Shown here: positions 28,849 to 40,300 of the stretch, in pieces
Layout: every line of letters starts with the position of its first letter
Numbering within the stretch: the first letter of the stretch is position 1
Assembly (NCBI GenBank): GCA_018883125.1
Contig: VEQR01000002.1
Location: forward strand, 20,023-84,022
Source of the DNA: Candidatus Kapaibacterium sp.
GTDB taxonomy: Bacteria; Bacteroidota; Ignavibacteria; Kapaibacteriales; Kapaibacteriaceae
Reading direction: 5' to 3'
Length of the DNA stretch: 64,000 nt
Made by a program: the position numbers and the translations under genes
The notes under the pieces: generated by a model
What the model was told of the DNA's origin: nothing
Databases searched by the model: none
The model's input: only the letters and a program-made list of their open reading frames with translations

Positions 28849-29559
28849 ATGCGCCTCGCCGTCAACATTGATCACGTCGCAACGCTCCGCGAAGCCCGCG
28901 GTGGCATCGAACCGGACCCCGTCCACGCAGCTGTTCTGGCCGAGCTTGCCGGTGCCAGCGGAATTGTCTGTCACTTGCGCGAAGATCGCCGACATGTCAA
29001 CGATCGGGACGTTCGCGTCTTACGTGAGGTAGTGACGACGAAACTTGATCTGGAAATGGCTGCCAACGAAGAGATCATCCTGATCGCACTGGACGTTGTA
29101 CCGGATTTGGTTACGATCGTTCCGGAAAAACGCGAAGAGCTCACTACGGAAGGGGGCCTTGCAGTTGCCGGCTTTGAGGAACGATACACGGCACTGACGC
29201 AGCGATTTCACGAGCGCGGCATCGCTGTTAGCTTTTTCATCGAACCGGAGTCCATGCAAGTTGAAGCGGTAGCGGCCTGTGGCGCCGACATCATCGAACT
29301 GCACACAGGCACGTATGCCAATGCCCGAACAGCTGCGGAGCAACTGCTGCAGCTGCAGCGCCTTCAGTCCGCTGCGCGAATCGCGTCAGAGGCAGGACTC
29401 GTCGTTACAGCCGGACACGGTCTCGACCTGCGGAACTTGGCAGCAATGAAGTCCATACCATCGCTCGAGGAAGTCTCTATCGGACACGCCCTTGTTGGCC
29501 GAGCCGTTCTGGTCGGATTCGAGCGAGCCGTTGGAGAATATCTGAACGTCCTTCGCTGA
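28849..29559 (+). CDS. pdxJ: Pyridoxine 5'-phosphate synthase
   Basis: 236 aa. The start MRLAVNIDHVATLREARGG, the motif HLREDRRH and the overall pattern are typical of PdxJ. Confidence 0.92.
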   Translation: MRLAVNIDHVATLREARGGIEPDPVHAAVLAELAGASGIVCHLREDRRHVNDRDVRVLREVVTTKLDLEMAANEEIILIALDVVPDLVTIVPEKREELTTEGGLAVAGFEERYTALTQRFHERGIAVSFFIEPESMQVEAVAACGADIIELHTGTYANARTAAEQLLQLQRLQSAARIASEAGLVVTAGHGLDLRNLAAMKSIPSLEEVSIGHALVGRAVLVGFERAVGEYLNVLR

Positions 29560-29581
29560 CGTTTACTGAAGGCCTGATTTA

Positions 29582-30331
29582 CTAGGCCTTGCCGCCGAAC
29601 GTTGTGGAAATGAAGTCTCGATTCATCTGCGCGATGAACTCAGCACTGATTCCCTTTGGACACGCGGCCTCGCACTCATAGTGGTTGGTGCACGAGCCAA
29701 AGCCTTCGGCATCCATCTGTAGCACCATGTTCATGGCGCGGGAAGAACGCTCTGCCTGACCCTGTGGTAGTGATGCCAGATGACCAACCTTCGCTGCTGT
29801 AAAGAGCATGGCTGACGAATTCGGACACGCAGCCACGCAGGCTCCGCAACCGATACAAGCGGCAGCATCCATAGCTCTGTCGGCATCAGGCTTTGAGATA
29901 GGAATAGCATTGCCATCCTGTGCATTGCCAGTGTTGACGCTGACAAAGCCCCCTGTCTGAATGATGCGATCGAACGAACCGCGGTCGACAACCAGGTCTC
30001 GCAGCACAGGGAATGCCTTCGCACGCCATGGCTCGATGTAGATCTCGTCACCATCCTTGAAGGTGCGCATGTGCAACTGGCATGCCGTGGTACGGGCAAC
30101 AGGTCCGTGCGGACGTCCGTTGATGACCATACCGCACGTGCCGCAAATACCCTCGCGGCAGTCATGGTCAAAGGCTACAGGGATCTCGCCTTTTGCGATG
30201 AGATCCTCGTTCAACACGTCGAGCATTTCGAGAAAACTCATGTGCTCGCTCACATTGGCAACGTCATACGTCTTGAGCATGCCCGTATCGTTGGGTCCGG
30301 CCTGACGCCAGATATGCAGTCTGAGGTTCAT
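29582..30331 (-). CDS. sdhB: Succinate dehydrogenase/fumarate reductase iron-sulfur subunit
   Basis: Three Cys clusters are present: [22 protein letters not shown] and [12 protein letters not shown]. The ATG at 30331 overlaps the sdhA stop by 1 nt (TAATG). Confidence 0.9.
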   Translation of the reverse strand: MNLRLHIWRQAGPNDTGMLKTYDVANVSEHMSFLEMLDVLNEDLIAKGEIPVAFDHDCREGICGTCGMVINGRPHGPVARTTACQLHMRTFKDGDEIYIEPWRAKAFPVLRDLVVDRGSFDRIIQTGGFVSVNTGNAQDGNAIPISKPDADRAMDAAACIGCGACVAACPNSSAMLFTAAKVGHLASLPQGQAERSSRAMNMVLQMDAEGFGSCTNHYECEAACPKGISAEFIAQMNRDFISTTFGGKA

Positions 30332-32244
30332 TACTTGTAGCTCCGTGTTGCCAGTTGGACGTTTTCGAAGGAAAGGGATTCCTTGTGCAGGGTCGGCGTC
30401 TTGCCAACACCTGTGTGCTCCCATGCTGCCACATAGCAGTAATCGTCATCGTTACGCTTGGCTTCGCCATCCTCGGTCTGATACTCCTCTCGGAAGTGTC
30501 CACCGCAGGACTCATTGCGCTGCAGCGCGTCATAACACATCAGTTCGGCGAACTCGAGGAAGTCGGCCACACGCAGGCCAAGCTCGAGAGACTGATTCAA
30601 TTCGGCACCAGACCCTGGCACAACGAGATTCTGCCAGAACTCCTCTCGAAGCTCAGGAATACGCGTAAGCGCCTCCTTGAGTCCGGCTTCGTTACGGGCC
30701 ATGCCGCACTTGTCCCACATGATCTTTCCAAGCTCGCGGTGGAACGACGTTGGCGAGCGCTTGCCCCCTATCGAGAGCAGAGTGGATATCTTCTGCTCGG
30801 CTTCCTTCACAGCGGCCTGTGCTTCAGAGCTGTCCGAGCTGACGCCCGCAAGACCACCCTGAGCGAAGTACCCGCCAATAGTGTAGGGGATCACGAAATA
30901 TCCATCGGCCAGACCCTGCATCAGGGCCGAGGCGCCGAGGCGGTTTGCACCGTGATCGGAGAAGTTTGCTTCACCAAGGACGAACAGGCCAGGCACGTTC
31001 GACATCAGGTTGTAGTCCACCCAGAGACCACCCATTGTATAATGCACGGCCGGATAGATGCGCATCGGCACCTTATACGGGTTTTCGCCGGTGATACGCT
31101 CGTACATCTCAAACAGATTGCCGTAACGATCGGCTATGGCCTTTTCGCCGAGACGCCGGATGGAATCCGAGAAATCGAGATAGACGCCAAGACCACCTGG
31201 TCCAACACCACGTCCTTCGTCGCAGACTTCCTTCGCTGCGCGCGAGGCAATGTCACGGGGCGAGAGATTTCCGAATGAAGGATACTTCCGCTCGAGATAG
31301 TAATCACGGTCTGACTCCGGGATCTGATCCGGACTGCGTTGATCGCCCTTGTTCTTTGGAACCCAGATACGACCATCATTTCGGAGCGACTCGGACATGA
31401 GCGTCAGCTTCGATTGGTAATCACCGCTTTGGGGGATACACGTCGGGTGGATCTGCGTGTAACACGGATTGGCAAACAACGCTCCTCGCTTGTGAGCGCG
31501 ATACGTTGCCGTGACGTTACAGGCCTTGGCATTGGTGCTCAGGTAAAACACGTTGCCGTAGCCGCCTGTTGCAAGGATCACTGCATCGGCCATGTGCGAG
31601 CGCACGGCGCCGGTTACCATGTCTCGTGTGACGATGCCGCGGGCGCGGCCGTCAACAACGATCAGGTCCATCATCTCCTGCTTGTTATGCAGCTTCACCT
31701 TGCCGAGGCCAACCTGACGCATCAGAGCTTGGTAAGCACCGAGAAGAAGCTGCTGTCCGGTCTGACCCTTGGCGTAGAACGTCCGGGACACCTGAGCACC
31801 ACCGAATGAGCGGTTGCTCAAATAACCACCGTACTCGCGGGCAAAGGGAACGCCCTGCGCCACACACTGATCGATGATGTTCACCGACACCTGTGCCAGA
31901 CGATACACGTTTGATTCGCGGGCACGGAAGTCGCCCCCTTTCACTGTGTCATAGAACAAGCGCCAGACGCTGTCACCATCGTTCTGATAATTCTTGGCCG
32001 CATTGATACCACCCTGAGCAGCGATCGAGTGGGCCCGACGCGCCGAATCGTGGTAGGTGAATGCGTGGACGTTGTATCCGAGTTCGGCAAGCGTGGCTGC
32101 TGACGAAGCACCGGCTAGACCGGTGCCCACAACGATGACCGTGAACTTCCGCTTATTGGCCGGGTTGACGAGTTTGAGATCTGCCCGATGCTTGTCCCAG
32201 CGCTGCTGGATGGGTCCGCTCGGAATGCCGGTGTTGAGTTCCAT
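30331..32244 (-). CDS. sdhA: Succinate dehydrogenase/fumarate reductase flavoprotein subunit
   Basis: 637 aa. FAD-binding motif [12 protein letters not shown], then [12 protein letters not shown] (covalent FAD His region) and [10 protein letters not shown]. Confidence 0.93.
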   Translation of the reverse strand: MELNTGIPSGPIQQRWDKHRADLKLVNPANKRKFTVIVVGTGLAGASSAATLAELGYNVHAFTYHDSARRAHSIAAQGGINAAKNYQNDGDSVWRLFYDTVKGGDFRARESNVYRLAQVSVNIIDQCVAQGVPFAREYGGYLSNRSFGGAQVSRTFYAKGQTGQQLLLGAYQALMRQVGLGKVKLHNKQEMMDLIVVDGRARGIVTRDMVTGAVRSHMADAVILATGGYGNVFYLSTNAKACNVTATYRAHKRGALFANPCYTQIHPTCIPQSGDYQSKLTLMSESLRNDGRIWVPKNKGDQRSPDQIPESDRDYYLERKYPSFGNLSPRDIASRAAKEVCDEGRGVGPGGLGVYLDFSDSIRRLGEKAIADRYGNLFEMYERITGENPYKVPMRIYPAVHYTMGGLWVDYNLMSNVPGLFVLGEANFSDHGANRLGASALMQGLADGYFVIPYTIGGYFAQGGLAGVSSDSSEAQAAVKEAEQKISTLLSIGGKRSPTSFHRELGKIMWDKCGMARNEAGLKEALTRIPELREEFWQNLVVPGSGAELNQSLELGLRVADFLEFAELMCYDALQRNESCGGHFREEYQTEDGEAKRNDDDYCYVAAWEHTGVGKTPTLHKESLSFENVQLATRSYK

Positions 32245-32263
32245 GTCGTTGAGCTTTCTTCGA

Positions 32264-32968
32264 TTAGATCTTGACGAAACCGAGGATGATGGCCAGCGGA
32301 ACGCTGGAGAATCCGAGAGCGATGATGATCGACAGTCCCGGTCCGAGAATGCGCATCACCGGAACGATGCGCCGGTTGGTAACACCAAGGGTCTGCACGG
32401 CGCTGGCAATCGCATGATTCAGATGAAGGCCTACCATGATCATCGAAAGCAGGTAGGTAATGCTGATAAGGGGCTGCTGGAAGCTCGAGACAATCATGCT
32501 GTAAACGTCAGGAATGCAGTCCACGCATCCGGCAGACGGCGGACACGCCTGGGCATAGTACTCGCTGTGAACTGCACCCCAGGTGAAGTGCGCAAGGTGA
32601 TACAGCACATACGACAGCAACAGCAGGCCCGAATACAACATGGTCCTCGATGCAAGCGTCGAGGCACGAGACTCCACGCGGTGGTACTTCGCGGGTCGGG
32701 CCGCGCGATTGCGTCTGGCCAGGGTGATGGCCGAAGTCACATGAAGCACGAAAAACGATAGAAGGCCAAGTCGCACGACCCAGATGATCATGCCATGCCC
32801 CATCGTACGAAGTCCGTGGGCGTATTCGTTGATCTGTTCACGTCCGAGAAACACCAGAAGGTTGCCCGAGAGGTGACCCAGAAGAAATAGCACCAAAAGC
32901 AGACCGCTCACCGCCATGAGCCACTTCTGGAACAGATTCGAACGCCAAATGTCGCCGAATGCCTTCAT
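32264..32968 (-). CDS. sdhC: Succinate dehydrogenase cytochrome b subunit (b558-type, five-helix)
   Basis: 234 aa with about five hydrophobic helices carrying conserved His residues. It lies immediately upstream of sdhA-sdhB. Confidence 0.8.
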   Translation of the reverse strand: MKAFGDIWRSNLFQKWLMAVSGLLLVLFLLGHLSGNLLVFLGREQINEYAHGLRTMGHGMIIWVVRLGLLSFFVLHVTSAITLARRNRAARPAKYHRVESRASTLASRTMLYSGLLLLSYVLYHLAHFTWGAVHSEYYAQACPPSAGCVDCIPDVYSMIVSSFQQPLISITYLLSMIMVGLHLNHAIASAVQTLGVTNRRIVPVMRILGPGLSIIIALGFSSVPLAIILGFVKI

Positions 32969-33068
32969 CGATATATCCTGACGTAATGTGCGTAATCCGA
33001 TGGCCTAAAACACGGATGCAGGCCAAAAGGTGCCGCGAATTTACAAATGTTGTGTCGTAGCTTCGCTC

Positions 33069-33977
33069 ATGCTCGAAATCACACATCTGACAAAGCGATA
33101 TGGCTCTCACGTGGCCAATGACGACATCTCACTTCGTGTTCAAACGGGGCGGATATTTGGCCTGCTTGGTCCTAACGGGGCAGGAAAGACGACGCTGATC
33201 CGGATGATCACCGGCATCACGCTACCTGACGCCGGAACGATATCCCTCGGCGGGGACTCAACGATCGACTCCCGACGGGAGCGGATCGGCTACCTTCCGG
33301 AAGAGCGTGGTCTGTACAAAAAGATGACCGTGGCCAAGCAGCTGCAGTACTTCGCCGGACTCAAGGGTCTTGATGCAAAGACAGCTGAGCAGCGGATCAA
33401 TTACTGGCTTGAGAGAATGGATGCCTCCGGGTGGGGCGAGAAGAAGATCCAGGAACTCTCCAAGGGGATGCAGCAGAAGGTCCAGTTCATCTCGACGATC
33501 CTCCATCAGCCGTCACTTCTGATTCTCGATGAACCATTCAGCGGGCTTGATCCGGTGAACGCCGATGTTCTCATTGGCGTTACCCGCGAGCTGCAGACTG
33601 CGGGAACAACGATCATCCTCTCTACACACCAGATGGATCAGGTCGAGCGCTTGTGCGACGACATTGCTCTGATCAATCGGGGACGCGTGGTGCTTTCGGG
33701 CGAGGTGGCAGAGGTCCGTTCACGGTTTGATTCCGATCGACTTCGGATCCGGTGCGCAGGTGCTACCAAGCCCCTTGAATCGATTGCCGGCACGTCAGTG
33801 ATCAGTTCGTTTGGCTCCACCATCGAGCTCCGGCGCGACGCGTCTACAAGCGTACGCCAGATCTTGGAACAGGCCAACGCGCTAGCAGAGATCATCGAGT
33901 TCTCCGTTATCCAGCCATCACTCCACGAGATCTTCGTACGCACGGTCACCGGCTCCTCTGGCGGGACAGAGGCATGA
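33069..33977 (+). CDS. ABC-2-type transporter ATP-binding protein (orphan; no adjacent permease)
   Basis: MLEITHLTKRYG start at 33069. The motifs GPNGAGKTT, LSKGMQQKVQF, LILDEPFSGLD and LSTHQMD are present. There is an extra C-terminal domain of about 80 aa. Confidence 0.85.
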   Translation: MLEITHLTKRYGSHVANDDISLRVQTGRIFGLLGPNGAGKTTLIRMITGITLPDAGTISLGGDSTIDSRRERIGYLPEERGLYKKMTVAKQLQYFAGLKGLDAKTAEQRINYWLERMDASGWGEKKIQELSKGMQQKVQFISTILHQPSLLILDEPFSGLDPVNADVLIGVTRELQTAGTTIILSTHQMDQVERLCDDIALINRGRVVLSGEVAEVRSRFDSDRLRIRCAGATKPLESIAGTSVISSFGSTIELRRDASTSVRQILEQANALAEIIEFSVIQPSLHEIFVRTVTGSSGGTEA

Positions 33978-34984
33978 GGCGAAGGGGTGCCGCTGTTGCA
34001 GCGGCCGTTGGATGTGTAATGATGATCATGCTGCTGGCAGTGCTCAACCAGCCTCTAGATAGGCGAATGTCGGTGATGATTCCGCGGTCGTCAGTGGGCG
34101 CTTCTGCGGTCATCGACAGCATTCGGTCGAATGCAGGAAAGCGTCATGCGTGGGTGACATCCACCCTGGTTTCTGTGGGCCTGAAGATCACATCGCGGAA
34201 GGTGCTGCCCGGCTGGTATCACCTCGCCCGTGATGCATCCGCCCTCGACATCGCCACGATGATCGTCTTTGGTAGGCGCGAGCCCCTTGTCAAGGTCACG
34301 ATCCCTGAAGGATTCACCATTGAGCGCATCGCCCGGCGCCTCACGGTTCGGGCTGGCATCGATTCAGCAGCTTTCCGTTTATGGTGTCAGTCCGACTCCG
34401 TATTGCGCCGCTTCGACGTGCACGCCCCCTCGATGGAGGGCTTTCTTATGCCCGACACCTACTTCATGATCCGTGGCGATGACGCGCGATATGTGGCTGA
34501 GCTAATGGCCGCACAGGCACAACGCGTCTGGTCGAGCTTATCGGGCGTCGACTCACTGGCCGACTGGAACACTCGTCTGAGGCTGGCTACGCTGGCATCG
34601 ATCGTGCAGCTGGAGGCCGCAGTCGATGATGAAATGCCCACCATCGCCGGCGTGTACACAAACCGTCTTCGGATCGGGATGTTGCTGCAGGCCGACCCCA
34701 CCGTGCAGTATCTGACGGGACGTGACCGAATCACCGCCAGCGAACTTCGCGATGCATCGAATCGCTATAACACCTACGTCTACAAGGGGCTCCCACCCGG
34801 ACCAATCGGCAACCCCGGACGTAGAGCACTCGAGGCGGCGTGCAGGCCAGAAATCCATGAGTGGATCTTCTTCGTTGCTCGCGGTGATACGTCGCGACGA
34901 CACCGCTTTGCCAGAACGCTCGAAGAGCACAATGCCAACGTCAGGCTGTACCGAACTGCTAGGCGCGAATCATCATTGAATTAG
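33974..34984 (+). CDS. mltG: Endolytic murein transglycosylase MltG (YceG family)
   Basis: 336 aa with an N-terminal TM segment. The motifs TIPEGFTIERIA, LASIVQLEA and YNTYVYKGLPPGPIGNPG are present. It shares an ATGA overlap with the ABC ATPase gene. Confidence 0.85.
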   Translation: MRRRGAAVAAAVGCVMMIMLLAVLNQPLDRRMSVMIPRSSVGASAVIDSIRSNAGKRHAWVTSTLVSVGLKITSRKVLPGWYHLARDASALDIATMIVFGRREPLVKVTIPEGFTIERIARRLTVRAGIDSAAFRLWCQSDSVLRRFDVHAPSMEGFLMPDTYFMIRGDDARYVAELMAAQAQRVWSSLSGVDSLADWNTRLRLATLASIVQLEAAVDDEMPTIAGVYTNRLRIGMLLQADPTVQYLTGRDRITASELRDASNRYNTYVYKGLPPGPIGNPGRRALEAACRPEIHEWIFFVARGDTSRRHRFARTLEEHNANVRLYRTARRESSLN

Positions 34985-36432
34985 TCGGAGCTGACGATTG
35001 CGCTTTCCTTGCCCCGTTCATCGGCGGCCTGAACGCGGAATGCAAAGGGCTTCGAAGCGTCGCGCCGTGTGATCTCAAACACTTCCACCCAGGCTACAAC
35101 CGGACGCGTATTGTCTGCCGGACGCAGGTAGCCGGATAGTTTCCGTGGCGCAGTTGCATTTCCATCGACAACACGCAGCTGAGGCCTGTTCTCGCCCCGT
35201 TCATTGGAGAAGAACTGCACCACCACCATGCGCTTGTTCGGGTCGGCATCGCGGCGGATCTCCCTGATAACCGGTCCCGGGAAGGGTCGCACGATAAGGG
35301 GCTGAGCACCGACCTCAGCGCTACCATTGACCGACCTCTCAAACAGCATTGTCTTGCCCGTATCGCGTGCTGCGAACCTCACCCGGATCAGGCCTTGGTC
35401 CACCGACACAATCTCCCTGCCACCGTCGCGGATCACCGCTCTCACATCCGAGCGATCTGCCGGGAGCTTCGGATCGATCGTGTACTCCACGCCGGGATAA
35501 ACCACATCCGGTACCGATGGCGTTGCGTAGTTCATTGCGCTGACCGTAAACCGCGTGGTCGCCACGCGTCCGTCAGACCGACGTGCCGAAACCTCAACGA
35601 ATGCGGTCCCAGTGCGTGGCGCACGCCCACGCACCACTAGCGTCCGCTGATCGATCGTCCGTGAGACGTCCTGCATCGTCTCTCCACCCAGCCGGACACT
35701 CGGCAGATCAAGCAGATCCCGCTGCGGATCAGCCCCACCGATGCTGATGCGGTTCGTCCATTCTGCGCTGGCAAACGACGATATGTTGTCACGGGCCGGC
35801 TCAAGCCAGAACTCTGCCGCTCCGGCAGACGGCACGGATGTCGGCGACGATTCCCGAAGGACCAGCGTGTCGCGACGTCCGGGCAGAAACACCAGCTGTG
35901 GGGGCTGCTGATCGTTCACCACCGTCATCAGAACGAACTGCGTACTTCCCACCGCTTGCATGGCATCGGTGGCAACGCCATTTACCGGCGTGCCACTGGC
36001 ATACACCGTAACACGGAAGGTCTTTGAGAGTGCGGCATCAGCCAAGGGGCTCCAGGAGAACACAAAGGCACTCCGAGACGGATCATGACGCAACGATGCA
36101 AATCGCCTCGTTGACGGAGACCGTTCGTCGATCGTGAGCGACTGTCCGGAGGCGACATCTTCGATCACGGCCCGGACAGTAACATTTGTGAGCTGAGGAG
36201 AGTAGTGAATGACGTTGGCGGAATCCAGGCGAAGCAGGCGCACAGCACCGGACGAGTCGCGCTTGACCTCACACGTCAACCGCACACGCTCCGGAAACAG
36301 TTCAATGCGAAGAGGAGTCTGCGACTGATCTGTAGTTGACGGTACCGATGCCCCGTCGGGCATCAGAAGAACCAATGCCAGAAGGTACAGAACGAAGTAG
36401 ATCTCAACTCTACGACGCTGACGCTGGTCCAT
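34981..36432 (-). CDS. Single-pass membrane protein with a GldM/PorM-like N-terminal TM segment and an all-beta periplasmic region
   Basis: The ATG at 36432 gives MDQRQRRRVEIYFVLYLLALVLLMP. This resembles the GldM N-terminal pattern R-x7-Y within ..MYLVF.AMLAL. The remaining ~450 aa look beta-rich and multi-domain, with no obvious helical D1-type domain. It overlaps the upstream GldL-like gene by 23 nt. Confidence 0.45.
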   Translation of the reverse strand: MDQRQRRRVEIYFVLYLLALVLLMPDGASVPSTTDQSQTPLRIELFPERVRLTCEVKRDSSGAVRLLRLDSANVIHYSPQLTNVTVRAVIEDVASGQSLTIDERSPSTRRFASLRHDPSRSAFVFSWSPLADAALSKTFRVTVYASGTPVNGVATDAMQAVGSTQFVLMTVVNDQQPPQLVFLPGRRDTLVLRESSPTSVPSAGAAEFWLEPARDNISSFASAEWTNRISIGGADPQRDLLDLPSVRLGGETMQDVSRTIDQRTLVVRGRAPRTGTAFVEVSARRSDGRVATTRFTVSAMNYATPSVPDVVYPGVEYTIDPKLPADRSDVRAVIRDGGREIVSVDQGLIRVRFAARDTGKTMLFERSVNGSAEVGAQPLIVRPFPGPVIREIRRDADPNKRMVVVQFFSNERGENRPQLRVVDGNATAPRKLSGYLRPADNTRPVVAWVEVFEITRRDASKPFAFRVQAADERGKESAIVSSD

Positions 36433-37222
36433 TCCGATCAACGATGTTGCGTGAGAGAATGCGCTCGAGCTCTTGACGCACAAGGCGCTCGACTTCTTGG
36501 CGTTCAACGGCCTGCAGACGTTCACTCAGCGCACTGACGCTCTCGGTGAATTCCGCCAGTGCCTTCGTGTTCATCTTCATGGATGCCATCAGCTCGGGAT
36601 TTGGTGCTACCGCCCCAACGGCAGCCTGAACACTCTCGCGAAGCTGCTGCGTCATGGTATCCTGCCGTTCGACGACTTCGTGCAGCGTTACCGAGATCGT
36701 CTCAAGTTGAACGGCCATTGCCGCATAGTCTCGACCGATCTCCCCGAGCTCACGAATAAGCTCCTGAGATGTTGAGCCCCCTTCACCATTCCCATGCATC
36801 TCATCCGATTCAGCCGGAGGCGTGAAAAACATGACCAGGAATAGAAGCAACAGAAGGAGGGCTTCGGTGACAATTGCCGCAACAAGAAGGCCCGGAGTGT
36901 CAATAACCCGCACGCGGTTCAGACCAACGGCCACCAAGAGGAAGGCCGCGCCCATGTACACAAACGCATTGATGGGTGCATAGTAAAAACGATTGACAAT
37001 CTCCTGCATCCATAGAGACGTGCCCGAAAGAAGTCCAAGAGGGTGCAGTACTGTGACGTCGCGATTGACGGTGCGGAAAAGATCGCTTTCGCGTGTGCAG
37101 ATGCGCCAGAGCAGAACAAGCGTCGGCAACGAGCCCATCTGCTTGTCGAATCGAAGCTCCTGATGCAGGTCTCGAAGCAGTGCCCTGCCCGCAGCGGTCG
37201 AAAGTGTTTCGAGCGTCGTCAT
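36410..37222 (-). CDS. GldL/PorL-like two-TM stator protein with an N-terminal extension and a helical C-terminal region
   Basis: TM1 is FVYMGAAFLLVAVGLNRV..DTPG (compare GldL/PorL Y.(M/W)GAA.VI.GALFK...PG). TM2 is AAIVTEALLLLLLF followed by the acidic FTPPAESDE (compare GL.TEA.IF..SAFEP.E.E). The C-terminal ~130 aa are rich in Glu/Gln/Leu/Ala and look helical. The start could be ATG 37222 or GTG 37276. Confidence 0.5.
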   Translation of the reverse strand: MTTLETLSTAAGRALLRDLHQELRFDKQMGSLPTLVLLWRICTRESDLFRTVNRDVTVLHPLGLLSGTSLWMQEIVNRFYYAPINAFVYMGAAFLLVAVGLNRVRVIDTPGLLVAAIVTEALLLLLLFLVMFFTPPAESDEMHGNGEGGSTSQELIRELGEIGRDYAAMAVQLETISVTLHEVVERQDTMTQQLRESVQAAVGAVAPNPELMASMKMNTKALAEFTESVSALSERLQAVERQEVERLVRQELERILSRNIVDRNGPASAS

Positions 37223-37339
37223 GAAATGGCTGGTGCTCTTGGTGAGTAAACGGAGGCCAATGATACGGAATAGCACCTTTTGTTACTTGTCGGTGCGCCG
37301 ATTCTGTCGTATTCTCGTTTTCTGACTCTGCATTCATTC

Positions 37340-40300
37340 ATGAGGACCGCGATGACTACGCTCCTTCGCCGTGCTGCCCCGCTAGCTGTGTTTATTCTTG
37401 TCGGTCTGATTCTGCCAGCCTTGGCAGGAACACCCCGAAACATGCCCTCCCCTGGCGGTCCGGTAGCCTTCGAACGCAACGTGGGCCAGGCGCGATACGA
37501 CAACGGTCAATCCGGACGGCACGTCGATGCCGTCTTGCGGCTTGGGTCGACGATGGCATACATCCACGCATCAGGTCTCGACATCATGCAACAGGCGGTG
37601 CACCGCCTCCCGTCGCGAAATCAATACGAGCAGGATGTCGAAGTCGACATCGTTCGGGCTGACATGCGCCTGATTGCCAGTAATCCCGACCCTCGGGTTG
37701 AGTTCCTTCAGCCCCAACCGGGAACGGTTCGCTACATCACAGCCCAGACCGGTGTTGAGGGTGTGGTGGCCCAACGGTACGGAACACTGGTGTATCACGA
37801 TGTGTGGCCGGGCGTTGACATGCGTCTGTATCTCACACACCTCGGCCTGAAGTACGATTTCCTTGTGCATCCGGGTGCCGATCCTTCGCAGATCGCCTTC
37901 AGATATGATGGGACCGAACAGCCATCACTCGATGAAGACGGCAATCTCCTCGTGAAGACAGCGCTCGGCTCTCTCGATGAACAAGCTCCGGTGGTGTTTA
38001 CCAGCGACGCGGCGGGACTCTCGCGCACACCCGTCGGATCCCGATACAGCGTCAGCGGCTCCTCGATCCGGTTCCGCATCGAGGACTACGACCGCTCCAA
38101 GATCCTTGTGATAGACCCGCAGCGCGTCTGGGCCACGTATTACGGTGGCAATGCCAGTTTTGAATCGGTCTATACTGCCGTTGATCCGTCCGGCAGCGTG
38201 ATCCTGGCAGGAACGACCCTAGCGACGAACATGCCGAGCATCGCGGGCGCTCTCCAGCGGCGATTGAAGGCCGGGATGGATGGGTACGTTGCGAAGTTCA
38301 ATGAGAATGGCGTTTTTCAGTGGCACACCTACTACGGCGGCTCACTTATCGACCGCCTGCATGATGTGACAACGGATGGCAAGGGAAACATCTGGACTTG
38401 CGGTCAGTCAGACTCCAAGGACCGTCCGGAGGTCTCAAACGGCCTGCTTGGCAGTTCACCATTGGGCGACCCCGATTCCGTTCAGGGAGCTGACGCTATT
38501 GTTCTGAAGCTCGCGCCGGACGGAAAGTGGTCCGACAGCTGGGAGGTCTGGGGACGCGAGAACGACATCGCAACAGGCATCGCGGTTTCCGCAACAAAGG
38601 TTGCGATCGTCGGCTACACCCGCTCGCCGCGCCTCGGTGGACTCTTCGGTGAGGCACCGTGGAGAAAGGACTCCTCGAACTTTGGCAGCAACTTTGACAT
38701 GTTCGTCAGCGTTGTCAAACTCAAAACGCCACCAAGCCCCACCCGCCCAGAACAGTGGGTCCACGATTACCTGATCTTCTATGGAGGGGCCGGAGACGAC
38801 CTCGGAGGAAAGATCGGTTTCGATAAGCAATCCAACGTCATCTTCTCTGGCTACGGCTATTCGGCCAACTTCCCTGTGACCGATGGCTCCACCTACAAGG
38901 GTATGGAGGATATCTACGTGGTGAAGTTTGGTCCCACAGCCAATAGGATCTGGGCATCGATGTTTGGATCCACAGTGGACGAGGATCTTGGCGACCTGGC
39001 GGTCGATAGCAAGGGTGATGTGGTGGTCGTCGGCACCACCTATGGTGCAGACCTGCCAACGTCAAGCCCAATCAAGGCCGCAAAGGCCGGTATAACAGAT
39101 GGCTTCATTCGCAAGTACACCTCTGCCGGCACTGTGGCATGGTCAACGTACTATGGCGGAGACTCTGCTGACGCGGTGCGCGGAGTGGCCATGGACCGCG
39201 CTGACAACATCTGGATCGCTGGCAGTACAGCTCGATCGCTCAACATTCCGGTTACGGCCGACGCCATCCAAGCGACACCGTATGTGACGTCAGTAAATGG
39301 TTCACTTGCGGGCACCGACGGATTCGTTGGCAAGTTGAATCCCGCTGGCAGCGCGGTGCTATATGGATCTTATCTCGGTGCCCCCCCGCAGGACACCTTG
39401 CCCAAGCCACCGGCACCCCCGCCCGCGCCACCACCGCCGTTGCCGCCACCAAACACCGATTTCGGAACTGATGAGCTGTTCGATGTTGCTACCGATAACA
39501 ATGCCTACGTCGTCTTCACAGGGCGGTCAACAACGTATCGCATGACGACAACGAACGGAGCTTTCCAGGACTCCTCCGGTTTGGCCAAGGATACCGTTCG
39601 CGCAAATGCCTACGTAACTCTCTTCAGCCAATGCAAAGACTCGATCATCACGATCATTCCGAATGGTCCGGCAACGCTCTGCGATGTAGAGACGCGTCAG
39701 CTTGTTGGCCCGAAGGGTTTTGCGCGTTACCGGTGGTCGAACGGCGACACGACGCAGACAACGATTGCTCGCGACTCCGGATCATACACATTGCTGTGCA
39801 CAACCACCGACGGTTGCCGCTATCGGGACACTATTTACATCGGACGAAATCCAAAGCCATCGGTATCCGCCGGACGCGACACGTCCGTGTGTATTCGCTC
39901 AAGTATTGCTTTGACTGCTACCCCAAGCGGTGGAACTGCCCCCTATCGATTCAAATGGAATCGTGTTGAAACAGGACAAGAGTTTATCGATGACGACACG
40001 CTCAAATCGCCGAACGTCAACCCTGGTACAACCTCGCGCTATGAGGTTACGGTAACGGATTCTGCGGGCTGTTCATCAAAGGACACGGTGCTCGTAACGG
40101 TGACAGATCCAAAGCCAACCATCGGGCCGGCAACGGTGGATTTCGGAACCATTGATGGCTGTGCTTCATCTGCGGAAGTGGATGTTGCCGTGTTCAATCC
40201 GCAGGCCTACGAAGTGCGCATCACGGGCTTTGTGCCGGACGATCCGCGTCTGAGCCTTCTAACGTCGGTCTCCCCTGGCATCGTCATTCCACCAGGCGCA

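Noticed and set aside
30355-31278. 307-aa ORF on the plus strand
   Set aside because: It is antisense to sdhA, which is securely identified, so this is a shadow ORF.
39400-39460. CCN-rich DNA repeat, and the GGN-rich repeat at 45478-45555
   Set aside because: Both are in-frame coding low-complexity regions (a Pro-rich linker and a Gly-rich domain), not non-coding repeats.
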